Origin: Camelus dromedarius | Lineage: Eukaryota | Assembly (NCBI RefSeq): GCF_036321535.1 | Contig: NC_087436.1 | Coordinates: 28,770,001 to 28,834,000 of the forward strand | Length of the DNA: 64,000 nt | Direction: 5' to 3' | In this document: positions 37,591-50,520 of the stretch, piece by piece | Layout of the letters: each line of letters opens with the position of its first letter | Numbering within the stretch: the stretch's first letter is position 1 | The notes under the pieces: generated by a model | What the model was told of the DNA's origin: nothing | Database searches by the model: none | Seen by the model: only the letters and a program-made list of their open reading frames with translations | Program-made: the position numbers and the translations under genes

Positions 37591-39932
37591 CAGTAAGTGA
37601 AATGGAGAATATAGGAAAAATGCAAAACCACATTTGGTCAGGAATGCTTAGCGTGACTGTTAAGCAATTTTGCATGCATATTTGCAAGCAAAAATTGAAA
37701 ATAAATCTAGGTTAGAGTCACTTTTCAAATTATCTAAATTTGTAATTGTAAGAGTTTTACAACATATTTATGCTTATGGACTTACAGCATCACAGTTTTA
37801 AACTTTCAAATATTCTAGAAGACCTAGAAATTTATTTCAGCCCGATTCGCGGGACAGGCCTAACAAAAGTCACTCCTCAGTCAAGAAATAATGGGCATGA
37901 TCTCAAAGACCTCGCTTTTTCCATACCTCTCTGTTTAACATTCAATATCATATTTTGTGATATGGAAATGAATTTGTCTCTTAATTATTGAGAACTTATG
38001 GAAGTTTTGTAAATTGAAAAATGCAGAAATTCTTATGATACATCTCAATGAAGAGACTAAAAAACATTCCAGACTTCCTGTGTTTTGTTCTTGGTCCTAT
38101 ACATTTATAATATAAAAGAATCAGTTGTACGTGAATGAAATAGTTTTGACTTTGATGTTTTATACTTTCCTAGCCACAGTTGATACAGTTCATTTTCATT
38201 TGTACAAATAAATTAATATTGTGTGGGAAATGATTAAACATTCCTTTGGCTTACTAAAAGAGTGATAAGGGTCAGCTGTACCACTAGTGAGACTTTTTAG
38301 AATATCAGAATAAACACATAGATTTATTTTTGAGATGCCAAAATTTATGAAAATCATGATTTCATAATAAACCAAAATTATAATAAAGGTATATGCTTTG
38401 GTATAGAATTGATAGAAAGACATCAATATTTTGAGGCTATAACCTTCAGAATTCAGTTATTCCTATTTATTTATGATATAATTAACAGACACCAATTCCC
38501 TACCTGACCAGAAACTAGAAGCACTGAGAGGAAGCTCAGTGGGAGCTAAATTTAGGTTGTGAAAAAGTTTACAAATCTTGCTTACCTTGAGGTGCAAAGG
38601 ACATAAATTTAAGGACTGACAACATAAGGTGGTCACAATGGCCACTTTTATAATGGAGATCACTGAATATTTCCTGGCACTCTAAGAGACAATGTACTTT
38701 AATGTAGATTATATTGATTTACCCTAAGATAACTGTTTCCTCTTACCTTGCAATAACTTGGAGCAAATCAATGCAATCTGCATTTCAATACTTTGTTTTA
38801 CCCACTTCTTAATAGAGATGGCTTGAAAATTTTGATTAGAGGACAGTGTGCCCACACCTGCTAATAACTGAGCTACATCCAGGTAGGAAACTGGAAAGCA
38901 AATAAATCACTTTATTTTTAAATCTACCAAAGCAATTAATGCTTCTATATTCTAGAAACTTTACTGACAATGATGTGACCTTGCTAACTTTGTCGTAATG
39001 TCTAAAAGGCCCTGCTTAAAAGCATTCATCTCTCACTATTAAGGCTTTATATTACATGATGACGTTAAAATAAAGCAATGAAAAGTACTGCCGCTAAACG
39101 TAGAACAAATTCACCACGCCTCTCTCTGTGTTTTTAAATTGATCACAATTTTCCTATGACTACAGACATTATTATTTGAAAGTTACTGGTAAAAGTGTTT
39201 CTTAATCCGCTCTTTTGTGTATGTTTTGGACCACTCCCCTCCCACAACTGCCTTATATTCTTTTTCACAAAGATACACAGTTTGAAGGCAATGACCAGGG
39301 ATGTTGATGCTTCTGCTGCCATTTTGCTACACTGGTCAAGGCTTAATGCACCACAAATTTGAAAAATAAGTCAAAGAGAGCAAAGAGGGCAACACTAATC
39401 CGCCAGGAAAACATCTGTAAGAATCAATATAAAGAGCTTATATTTGTAAGTCAACACAAGGGGAGTTGTTAATAGCACATTTTTGTTATGTTCCTATTAC
39501 ATTTGAATACAAAAAAAGTCATATGAGAAAGACTATGAAGCTGAGATTTTATTAATTATTTGATGTAATTCAGTTAGGAATTATATAAATGGATGATTTA
39601 TACAGAGAGAGAAGAGATTGTCTGTCCTCCAGTACCAGTGAGAGTTAAAATAACTTGTTTCTATGATAAAAATAATTAAAGATACTTAATAAACCTTTAT
39701 GATAATTTTGGATTAATGCAATATGAAAGCATAAAAATTAACTACATCTGCTGCAAACTGTCATTCGCTTTTCTGATTTTTCATCTTGTGACTATTCAGC
39801 ACAACCACTAGCTCTTTTTCTCAAATCCATATACATATTTATCTTCTTCAGTTTCATCTTACATTTATTGTACACATTATATTATTTTAAATTTTACTTA
39901 TGCAATCATTTCTTTCCAGGGAGATTCTAAGC

Positions 39933-39943
39933 TCACACACACT

Positions 39944-39981
<38 letters not shown>

Positions 39982-39987
39982 CTCTCT
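39933..39987. repeat. Compound (CA)n(CT)n microsatellite
   Basis: Seen directly. Confidence 0.9.
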
Positions 39988-41724
39988 ATCATATATCACT
40001 GAGTTTGTTTCACAGCAGGATTTATAATTAGCTACAGTTTGATAAAAATCTAATAAAGTACAATTTTAATATTTTTATTCTCCTGATCAGTAAGTCCAAA
40101 TCATAGGGATATTTGTAAGAAGATTTTAAAGTCTGTATTTATGAACTTCAAAAATTGACATTTAACAGAGCATTTGCAATCGACATTCATAAGAAGGTTC
40201 ATTAGGCCATTTAAAAGTACATTTATAAGACCACTCACAGTTAAAAATCATTTTTAAGACCAAAGACATGTTTTTTATCAGGAGATATTTAAAATTTAAT
40301 ACATGCAGTTAGTCACATATATGTGACTAATCACAAGGTGTGGTAAATAATCAAAAAGGATTTTCCTGCATATTCATGTTTGATTTTAGCTTTGCATAAA
40401 GAATGCAGTAATATCTTCACTTTTAGAACAATTTCTTATGGATTCAGTCAAAATGAAATGTGCAAGTATATACTCTGAGGCAGTTTGGATTTACTTGTTG
40501 TAGGTAGGGTAGTTAAAAATATATCTACTGATTTTAACTGAAAACTCATGCACTATTTATCTCCTAATTTGATTACTATGACTTAAAATATTCTTAAACT
40601 TTGATATTTGAAAAACTTGATCTATGAGTGATTGAACTGTAAGGATTCAACACACAAGAAACTGTCTCACAAGAGAGGAATTTATAATCAAATGTTAAGC
40701 TGTCAATTTACAGAGGAAATTTATATTCATCTTTGTGAGAAAAAAAGGCATCTCAGAACGTTTGGAAGAGAAATTATATATTGTTTGATAATGATTTCAT
40801 CTCCCAAATATTCAGTCATCATAACACTTAATAGAAAACCTTTGGACATATCCATCTTAAGGAAAACACATAGATCCTTGAGCTTGCTTCAATTGTTTAA
40901 AATAATACTAACTATAAGTTAATAGAAAAAAGGAATTAGTAGGAAATAGATGGAACTCCCATTATTTTACAATAAGATGATCACCACTGTGAAAAACTTA
41001 AAGTCAACAAGCTACTCAAGTGGTTGAGAGAATATGATAATATTTGGTCAAAAATAACATGAATTTTTCCCTACCAGCAATTAGCAGTCAGAAAATGCAG
41101 TAAGACCTGCCAGAGTATGGTAAATAGGGCACAAAATATAAATTGCATATAACTCAATATTGTCTTATTACCAGTTAATAAGGTAATAAGACTAATAAGG
41201 ACCAATCTGAGCAGAAAGAAGTCAGCTGCCTGGTCTAAATGGCTTGACATCATCAATGGAAAGTTGTCAGCTCTGGCTTCAAGTTTGATAAGGATGACTC
41301 TTGGTGCTGTGATGGTCAGCCTTCCAACAAAGAACAACAGCAGTTGGAGAAATATTCACCTGAAAGTTATCTATATTTTGACCCAAATCCAGGAAAATTG
41401 GGAGGAAGAATAATGATGATTCAGGGACACACTGTCTAATTCCCTAGAGCTTAACATTTCTCTAGGGGCAGTCCCATCTCTTTCTTATTCCCTACTTTCT
41501 TGTAAAAAATGATACATATGATTATTTTTATCTTACTCCTGTTTGTAAATGGAGTTTAACAGAAGTAAAATGAAAGCCAATCACTTAATGTCTTAGATTG
41601 GAATTTGGTGCATTACCACAGAGTTTTACTGTATTACAGAAGATAATATTCATATATAACTCAAAATAGCAATGAAAGCACTAACATCTTAGGAAATAAT
41701 TGAACAAAGAATGTGCAATATCTT

Positions 41725-42216
41725 ATTCGCAAGTGATATGACCAATAAGAGGTTAACATTCAAAATATATAAAGAGCTCCTACAACTCAATATCAAAAAA
41801 CCAACAACCAATTAAAAAATGGGCAGAAGACCTGCATAGACATTTTTACAAAGAAGATACACAGATGGCCAACAAGCACATGAAAAGATGATCAACATCA
41901 CTAATCATCAGGGAAATGCAAATCAAAATCACAACAAAACAGAAACAGACTTACAGATACAGAGAACAAGGTAATGGTTACCAGTAGGGACAGAAAAGAA
42001 GGGAAGAACAAGATAAGGGTAGGGGATTAAGAGATACGAACTACTATGTATAAAATAGATAAGCAACAAGAATATATTGCACAGCACAGGGAAACATAGC
42101 CATTATTTGGTAATAACTTTAAATGGAATATAACCTGTAAAAATACTGAATCATTATGTTCTACACATGAAGCTAATATAATATTGTAAATCAACTATAC
42201 TTTAATTAAAAAATAA
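41725..42216 (+). mobile_element. L1 3' fragment with an internal deletion of about 0.5 kb
   Basis: ORF2 text (aaaaaatgggcagaagacctg...gggaaatgcaaatcaaaa) is joined directly to the 3' UTR (aaaacagaaacagacttacagat...tcaactatactttaattaaaaaa). Confidence 0.88.
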
Positions 42217-43049
42217 CTGTCTAAGGGCAGTTTCTTATTGAGGGTAATTTTGACCATCCAACTTTTAAGCAAGACTTTAAAAGCATGCTGAACACTCCGT
42301 ACAAAACTGCCAGCTTATCTATCAGCACATATTTCCTGTGTACACATAAGATAACATATCCTGAAGATATACTACTTTTTCAAATGTATTTATTTTTCCT
42401 CCATAACCCAGAAAGAGTGTAGAATAACTGCCCTGATGTACTTCACGAAATAAGGATTGTTTAGCATCAAGTGAAATCATGTATAAAAAAATCTTTCCAA
42501 TTAGATCCATTAATTGTAGACTCCTGATATCCTTTCATACTTAATATTGGTTTAAATTGCTAATCAAGAAAATTGGCAGTACATTTCCCAATTTGAGTTC
42601 AAACTTTGCTCATGAATTTCATAAAGCATTTTCCCTTTTCTTTCTTGTTGACTATACATGAATATTGTATATTCATGAAAATTTAATAAATTTAACTTTT
42701 AAAATGTTCTTTATGTGTCTTTCATGAAAGGTATGTTTTTATTAATTTTACGGATGGAAGAGCTGTTATATCCATCTTATAAAGCTATATGTGAAATTCA
42801 ACTATCCTATGAATAAATTTAAATCATGAAGAATACAGTTTAAAAAGCCACAAAGAAGCACATACTAGTGACAATCATTGATCAATTCCTGAACTTTATT
42901 CTGTGTAATTGCATTACTAACAAAACCTAATGAATTTGAAGTTTTTATATTTTTATTTACAAAAAGAATGTTTAATATCATCAGGGAAATTTTTATAATT
43001 ATTAACTATGTAAATATATAGCATATTACTCTATTAAAAATGATCTGAA

Positions 43050-43880
43050 TACATAAAGAGATTTAACATATTAATAGATTAAATGGCTGATATGCGCCCC
43101 TCACATTAAACTAGTAATTAAATGCAACTGCAATAAAATTTTTATTTTTAAAAATTACAGGATACAAATCAATAGTTCAGAATAGAAAAATACTAGATGA
43201 CCTATGTTTATATGGTAATTAATATAAGACAAAGAGGTCATCACAATCAATAAAGTATGTTTCATTTTTAATCTTGAGAAACCTGTATCACTATTTAGAG
43301 AAAAAAATAAAGCTACATCCTTATCATACACTAAATAAAAATATAATTGAAGGACAAAATGTTGAGCATATCCAAGTTAACTAGTCACGGCAAAGTACTT
43401 CTTAAACAGGACCCATGTAACACAAATGGTAAGGAAGTTGTGAATTTATTCACCTTAAATTAAAATTGCCTTTGCAGGAAAGATAAGCAAAATCAGGTTA
43501 ACATAGAGATAATTGCCTGGAAGAAGAGATTCGTGAAAAGCACAATTGGGACATAATATTTAATATATGTAAATAATTCCTGCCAATCACGGAACAAAAA
43601 TAGAAAAATGAACAAAGGATATACACACGCAATACCACACCTGGATGTATATCCCAGAGTAGAATGAATAAGGTTCATGAAAGGAAACACAAAAATATTT
43701 ATCCCAATTCCCTTGGTAGTGGTGGAGAATTCATGGCAACCCAATATCCATCAGTAGGGATACAGATATATAAAATGCAAATATCAGGCAGTAGGAAACA
43801 ATCTCAATATAGATACAACTATGAGTGTATTTGTGTCTTTGAAGAAAAATACTTTGAGTACAAAATAAGTAACAGGAACA
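43050..43880 (+). mobile_element. Ancient L1M ORF2/3' fragments
   Basis: aaaataaagctacatccttatcatacac..., ctggatgtatatcccagag..., gcaacccaatatccatcagtaggg. Confidence 0.55.
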
Positions 43881-45059
43881 AGTAAGAAACAAAAAGATGA
43901 TTTTGGCCACTCTACATTGATAGGATGGTTGTGACATCAAAACTATCAATGCTATGTGCATGAGACTTTCAAGGGAAAAGAAAACAACTCTCAAGCTGGT
44001 CAGAAAGATGGCTTAAGAAAGCACTGAAAGGAGACTAGTTTGAGTTTTCACAGTAGTTAAGATGTGAGCTGGGGTGAGTGTTGGCTTGCTTGGGATGGGG
44101 CTTCATGATTTGAACTTCCCATCTGCACCAAAGGAGAGAGAACTCACGCTTTCTTATCAGCTTATTCAGCTGTGGAGTAAAGGGAAAGGGGGTGGTTGAA
44201 GCTTTAAAGCTGTCATTAAATATCAAAAAATAGACTCAGATTCTATTATAAAGTCTGTAACAGAATAGCACTTACATACCTGTAAGCAGTCACAGACACA
44301 GACACATAGACCCACAGATATACACATACCAATATGCATCTCTCAAGAAGTTACACATTCAACATCTTCAAGTACACTAGAGTTGAAGCCTTATATAGTA
44401 GCCAAAGGGGAAACAAACTAGCAATCTCAAAGATGCATGTTGAGCATAGGCTAGAATAATAGATATCATAATAAAAATAGCAACCACTGACTAAGCATAT
44501 GCTATATTTTAAGAGCATTAAATGCATCATCTCACTGAATCGACCTTTTGAATAATTCAAAGGAAACTGAGTCATACGAGAAACTACAAGACAGTAGACT
44601 AGAACTTCACAATTCTCTCTGCCCGTTCCAGGATCTGTTTCTAGTGACTCAATTATGACAGACATATCTTTTCCTTGGAGAATGTTTTACAAACCCTGAC
44701 ACATTTTTATCCATATCTCTTTATTTGAATGTTCAGAACCTGTCACTGAAAATGGTATGTTATGTAGTAAGCCTGACGATGTGCCTAAGAAGTGCTAGAA
44801 GCAGTGATGATAATACAGAAGGAAATCCTGCTTAATAAAGACATATCCACATGTAGCCATTATTTTTCCCTTGGCTATAACATCTTTGGTGAAATAGAGC
44901 AGGAATGTAGCTGAAAATTTCAATACACAATGAAAATTTTTATATGTTATTTCATGCTTCTACAACTAGATCTTGACTATAAAAAAATTAAGAAAAATAA
45001 AAAATAAAATTTGCACAGTGAACAATTCTGTCAATGTGGTTATTCCCTTTTTTATCTTA

Positions 45060-46020
45060 TCTAGAAAATGTCACTTGATTTTTTTCTGATTTTTTGCACT
45101 TCTCTCTACTTGAATTTTAATATGCTCCGATACCTATATAATTCCTTTTCTAACTTCCTAGAGTTCTCTGACCAAATGTCATTTTCTAAGGGAGGCCTTA
45201 ACCAATCACCATGTGTAAAATTGTTAGAGCAGGCAGATAGCTAGATGTGAGCAGAGAAAGGGGGACGCAGGCCAAATGGCAGGAATTGGGCAAATAAGGA
45301 GGGGCACGGGCCAAATGCAGGAAACCATACATCATGTAAACAACAGGGGTCCTTGGGCAGACAGAGAAAAGCAGGAACCTTGGAACTGAGAAGAAATCAC
45401 ACATTATGTGGTGACAAGTATCCCAGAGGCCAACAAAGAAAGTGGGAAAAGACAGGAATATCTAGTGTCTGAAAGTAACCTTTTGCTCATTATGCTCTCA
45501 TTACAATAAAATTAGCCTTTCAAATTAGAAGTACCCATCATCACTTTTGCCATGACACTTTCAATCCAGACTAAATACGGATGAACATCCATTTTCCCCT
45601 TGGGAAGGTGGAGTGGGGATGGAAATCAGGGAAAATGACCCCAAGCCCTTCCCAATGAATATTCCTCTCATTCATTTTTCCACTGTATGTAACCAACTTG
45701 CCAAAGAAACTCAGGGCAGCTGCTCACCTAAGCCTGCCCACTCTCCCCTTGAGAGTGTACTGTCTATCCCTTAATGAATCCTCACTTTACTTTCTTAACC
45801 TCCGTGTTTCATATCTGGATTCTTTCTGTGATGAGAGAAGAACCAAATCACCAACAACAAAGTAATGACGCCCCATCTTAATCTGGCCCTCCCTGAGCCC
45901 TTCTCCTTGCTTTGCCTCTCTCCTTAGTGCTCATCACCATTTAGTTCATTACACATTTACATGAATGTTTGTTTATAATCACTGTTTCTGAAATATGAGC
46001 GCTGATATTTTGTCAACCTT
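45060..46020 (+). mobile_element. L2 3' fragment interrupted by solo LTR copy B
   Basis: ccaaatgtcattttctaagggaggcctt...taaaat, then after the LTR ...ctccttagtgctcatcaccat...gtttgtttat. Confidence 0.65.
45222..45859 (+). mobile_element. ERV1-type solo LTR, copy B
   Basis: tgttagagcaggcagatagc...caccaacaaca; flanks aaat/aagt (imperfect 4-bp TSD); same family as 36781-37394. Confidence 0.88.
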
Positions 46021-46489
46021 TTAATATATTTTCAGGGGTAAAAAGAATAGGATTAAACTCAGTGACTGAACTTGTCTTTTTGTTATTGTCCTAATGTTCT
46101 AATGTTGTTATTCTAATTTTCCTTTCTTATTGAAATAAGTATTTTATTTAGTAATTGTCTTGTGGAGAAGATACATTTTAATCCTTATCTCTGTTTATAT
46201 TTTGAAACATTAAAATTAATAATCTGTATAAATTTATGTATTTTTGTAAGTTATGTTAGGAATCACATAACTTTGTGTTTATAAAACACACTAATGTTTT
46301 ATAAATTGAACTTCTGTGTCAGGAAATTCCATGGATTCCATCTTTAAGTGTCTTTAGTTCTTTTTATATACTTATTACAATATTATAATATTTTTCTATT
46401 TGAATACATTTTATCTTTCATTTGGGATTATCTTCAGAAGGGAGGTTATTTTCCCCTTCCTTCCTGAAAAAAACATAACCAGAAACTAT

Positions 46490-47085
46490 TGTCTGCCTAG
46501 ATACATTCACCCCAGCATGTCTGGAATTTTTCCATAGCAGAATTTCTCATTAGTCCAACTTCCGCTCTATTCCTTATGGCCATGCATCTCAAAAAAGGCC
46601 AGCTGCTTTCCTAGCCAAAGGAGCTGGTTCCTCTTGGGTAGAAACCCAACTTTATAGTATTATATAATATAAACTAATTCCTTGGCAGTGACCGGTTTAA
46701 GCATTAGGCTATTTTGCCAATAATACTAAGGAATTTTTAGGGGCAGGGAGTGCCGTCTGGGAATGTTTTTCCTTTATTTGCTCTTAACAAGCACATAAGG
46801 GATAAATAGCCTCTTTTATGCCTCTGGACACTGTTGTATCTGGATGTGAGAACCAAAACTGCTGTTGCCATTAAATGAGGAGAATGAGATCTAGCCTGAG
46901 GACAAAGCAAACACAGAGAGCAGAGCAGAGCCAAAGGAAACGCAGAGAAGTGGACTTGGAGCATTGGTCACACGACGCTTGGAGACACCAGATATTTGAA
47001 ACTTCTTGTGTGATACATTTCCTGTTATTTAACTGAATAGGGTTAATATTTAGTACTTGCATCCAAAAACATTATAACTGATACA
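46490..47085 (+). mobile_element. MLT1 (MaLR) LTR
   Basis: ggatgtgagaacc...ctgctgttgccat...gcctgaggacaaagcaaacac and the typical end tacttgcatccaaaaacattataactgataca. Confidence 0.7.
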
Positions 47086-47139
47086 AAGCAGAAGATGTAT
47101 CAATGAGATATATAGGTATATAGGCAGATAATGTAATAT

Positions 47140-48330
47140 AAATGCAAAATACTCCTTGATATAAATATGCAGAATATGCAATATTCTTTGTGTCTGTCTC
47201 ATAAGGCAAAAGAAATTAAAGCAAAAATAAACAAATGGGATACAATTAAACTTTAAAGCTTTTGCACAGCAAAGGAAACTGTTGACATAAAGAAAAGATA
47301 ATCTATGGATGGGAGAAAATATTTGCAAATGATATGACTGACAAGGGGTTAATATATAAAACTATACAAACAGCTCATACAACTCAATATCAAAACAAAC
47401 AAACAACCCAAACAAAAAATGTGCAGAAGACCTGTATAGACATTTTTCCAAAGAAGAGATACAGATGGCTGACAGGCACATGAAAATATTTTCAACATTA
47501 CTAATTATTAGAGAAATACAAATCAAAACAACAGTGAGATATCACCCCATACCTGTCAGAATGGCTATCATCAAAAATTCTACAGATAACAACTGGAGAG
47601 GATGTGGAGAAAAGGGAATCCTTGTACACCGTTGGTGAGCATGTAAATTGGTGCAGCCACTATGGAAAAGAGTATAGAAGCTGCTCAGAAAACTAAAAAT
47701 AGAACTACTATATGATCCAACAATCCCACTACTGGGCATATATCTGGAAAAAATGAAAACACTAATTTGATAAGATAACATGCACCCCAACGTTCATAGC
47801 AGCATTGTTCATAGCACTCAAGATATGGAAGCATCCCAAGTGTCCATCAACAGATGAATGGATACAGAAGGTGTGAAATTTATAATGAAATATTACTCGG
47901 CTATAAAAAAGAATGAAATTCTGCCATTTGCAGCAATGTTGTTAGATCTAGAAACTATTATGCTTAGGGAAATAATACATAAAAAGACAAATATTGCATG
48001 ATGTCACTTATATGTGGAATCTAAAAAATAATCCAAGTGAAGGTATTTAGTAAAACAGAAACAAACTCAGATAGAAAACAAAACTAGTGCTTACCAGTGT
48101 GGAGTGGGAAGAGGGGAGGAGTACATTAGGGGTTTGGGATTGAAAGAAACAATCTGCTATGTAAAAAATAGATAAGTAATAAGGATATACGGTACAACAG
48201 AAAACTATAGCAATTATCTTGTAATAACTATAGGATTAACTATAAAAACACTGACTAGCTATGTCATACACCTGAAACCAATATAATATTGTAAGTCAGC
48301 TATACTTCAATTAAAATGAATAAAATTAAA
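47140..48330 (+). mobile_element. 5'-truncated L1 (ORF2 3' region plus 3' UTR)
   Basis: aaacaaatgggatacaattaaactt...aaagcttttgcacagcaaaggaaac...ggatgtggagaaaaggga...tatgtggaatctaaaa...ctatacttcaattaaaa. Confidence 0.92.
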
Positions 48331-48419
48331 TTTTAAAATTTATATAACATAGGTAACATGTTAATAATATCACATAATAATAATAAATGCTAATGGTAAA
48401 ATGGATTTTTGTTTCTTTG

Positions 48420-48730
48420 CTAATGTCAAATGTTGGTAAAGATGTGAAGAAAAATGATACCCTTAGACGTTGTTCCTTAGACTAAGGATTAGTACAGCCA
48501 TTTTGGAAGGCAATTGATCTGTAGGAATAAAAATTTTAAATGCACTCAGATCCTGCAATTCCATTACTCATTGTCTGCCTTAAAGAAAAGACACATATGT
48601 ATATGCTATATATATACACAGTATATATATACAAGGCTATTCATTCCAACCTTGTTTTAATAGGAAAAAGTGGACATAGCCAAGATTTTTTGTGACTAAG
48701 GGAATGGATAGATAAAAGTGAATGCTATTT
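48420..48730 (+). mobile_element. Ancient L1M fragment
   Basis: aaatgttggtaaagatgtgaag...gtacagccattttggaaggcaatt...gatcctgcaattcca. Confidence 0.6.
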
Positions 48731-49750
48731 TGAAACGCTATGTTATTCATTTTTGTTTACCTGCTCTCTTTATTCTAGTTCACCCAAAGCTGCTATCTCT
48801 TTGAAAAGAGTTTAAAATATAATGCAAGCAGAAAACATAAAGGTAATAATAGTTTCTGGAATGCAAGAACAAGATTATCTACTAGGAACAGAGTTTTTGA
48901 GAGAAAAAAAAATTCAAATTAACTTTTGTTTTCCTCTTAGTATGTACAGGTCTTAAGAAGCCAGCTTAGAGTTCTCTTGTAGTGTGGACAATAAACTCAT
49001 TCACAGGTGCCACTTAGATCACTCTAAGACACTGTCAGTGTGGTGTCTTGGGGCAAGTAAAGGAATAACTGCTTCGTTTCTGGATAATGAAAATCTGGGG
49101 TAAAAAATGAGAGAGGCAGAAATCTAAAATGGTGAGATGAGTATGCAAAGAACTTTCTCTCAGGACTTCAACCTAAAGAGGAAAAGAAGTGAGAGATGAG
49201 GAGCTGCTGAGAATTCTCCATGAGTGGACCCTCCACCCCTCACTCACATAAAGAAGTGTCAAGAGTGTGTGCATCACATATCTAAGAGGCTACATTCACT
49301 TGTCTGTGCAGTGTAGTTCATGAGAAACCGCACTCTCCCAATGCATGGGATATATATTCCCTTGAGTAAAGGACATTGAACTCATTACTACATTGTTTTA
49401 GTTTGATCATTTGATGCCCTCAAATCTGTTTTTCAAGAGCTGCCCAGGAGTGGGGAAGATACCTCAGCAACTGATTTTATAAAACCAAAATGAATACTGT
49501 CTAAAAGGAATTCTTAAATTTTTGTCTAGGACTAACTTATCTGGATTGGACCATTTCAGAATCAGAGAGATAGTCATATCACATTTAGTTTACACACCAA
49601 AGAAATACTGTGAAGGAAGAATTTGGGGACAATTTCAAAGGAGGTAGGTCTATATGTCAAAGAAATATACCTGAAATATGTTACTAAGTGAAAAAGTAGC
49701 AGAATGATTCAAAAAGTATGATTACTTTATGTAAAGAACCACCTTCCTTC

Positions 49751-49751
<1 letters not shown>

Positions 49752-49782
<31 letters not shown>
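49752..49782. repeat. (CA)n microsatellite
   Basis: Seen directly. Confidence 0.9.
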
Positions 49783-49784
<2 letters not shown>

Positions 49785-50309
49785 TTGTAAATACATAGCA
49801 AAAATACTGGAAAAACTGTCCATCTAGATAATAGTGGATACCCTTTGGATATCCTTTGAGAGGAGAGAGAAACATTTGAGAGGAGAGAGAAATAAAGTCA
49901 AAGGAGACAGCCTTGGTTGATATGTTTTAACTTATTGTAAGTAAAACATAGCTAATTATGTAATATTTAAATATATATATTCTAAAAATAAATGAAATTT
50001 TAATTATACAAAAAAACAAGTCATTCCAGAGATGTGGAAGTATATTGTGACTATACTGCCATATGGGATGAATTAGCTACACATCTACTCCAAGTTTTGT
50101 AAAGCCCAAAGCACTCAAACATTTCCTGTTATGTACATTTAATTTTGGCAAATAAACCCACCTGACTTCTGTGTGTTCAGTCTGAGTTAGGCCAATTATA
50201 AACATAGAGAGGAAGAAATTTAGCCGCTGATCTCAGTAGCTGAATACACTTAGTATAATGATAATTTTCTAGCTGTCCACAAAGTTATCTTAATAATGAA
50301 AATACTGGC

Positions 50310-50520
50310 TGATATTCATTGCCCCGTAAACTATATTAAGAACTTAATATATAGAATCTCACTTAGTCTTCACATACTTCAAAAACTCATTCCACAGATA
50401 TAGATAGTCCTCATCATACAGAGGAGGAAACTGAGACACAGGAAGTTTGAAACCAGTTTAACCAAGAAAGCGTAGATAGAAATGCAGTGTAGATTAAACT
50501 CAGGTATTCTATTTCATAGT
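50310..50520 (-). mobile_element. MIR SINE
   Basis: atacagaggaggaaactgagacacagg is the antisense MIR core. Confidence 0.65.

Noticed and set aside
36781..45859. The two homologous LTRs as the 5' and 3' ends of one 9-kb provirus
   Set aside because: No clear PBS after copy A or PPT before copy B, and no gag/pol/env between them (unique DNA and old L1 instead). Copy B sits inside an L2 with its own near-TSD.
48900..49560. Possible ancient LTR fragment (GC-richer block)
   Set aside because: I could not define termini or family, so it is not listed as a feature.
49855..49893. 20-bp tandem duplication tttgagaggagagagaaa
   Set aside because: An ordinary slippage duplication with no further structure.
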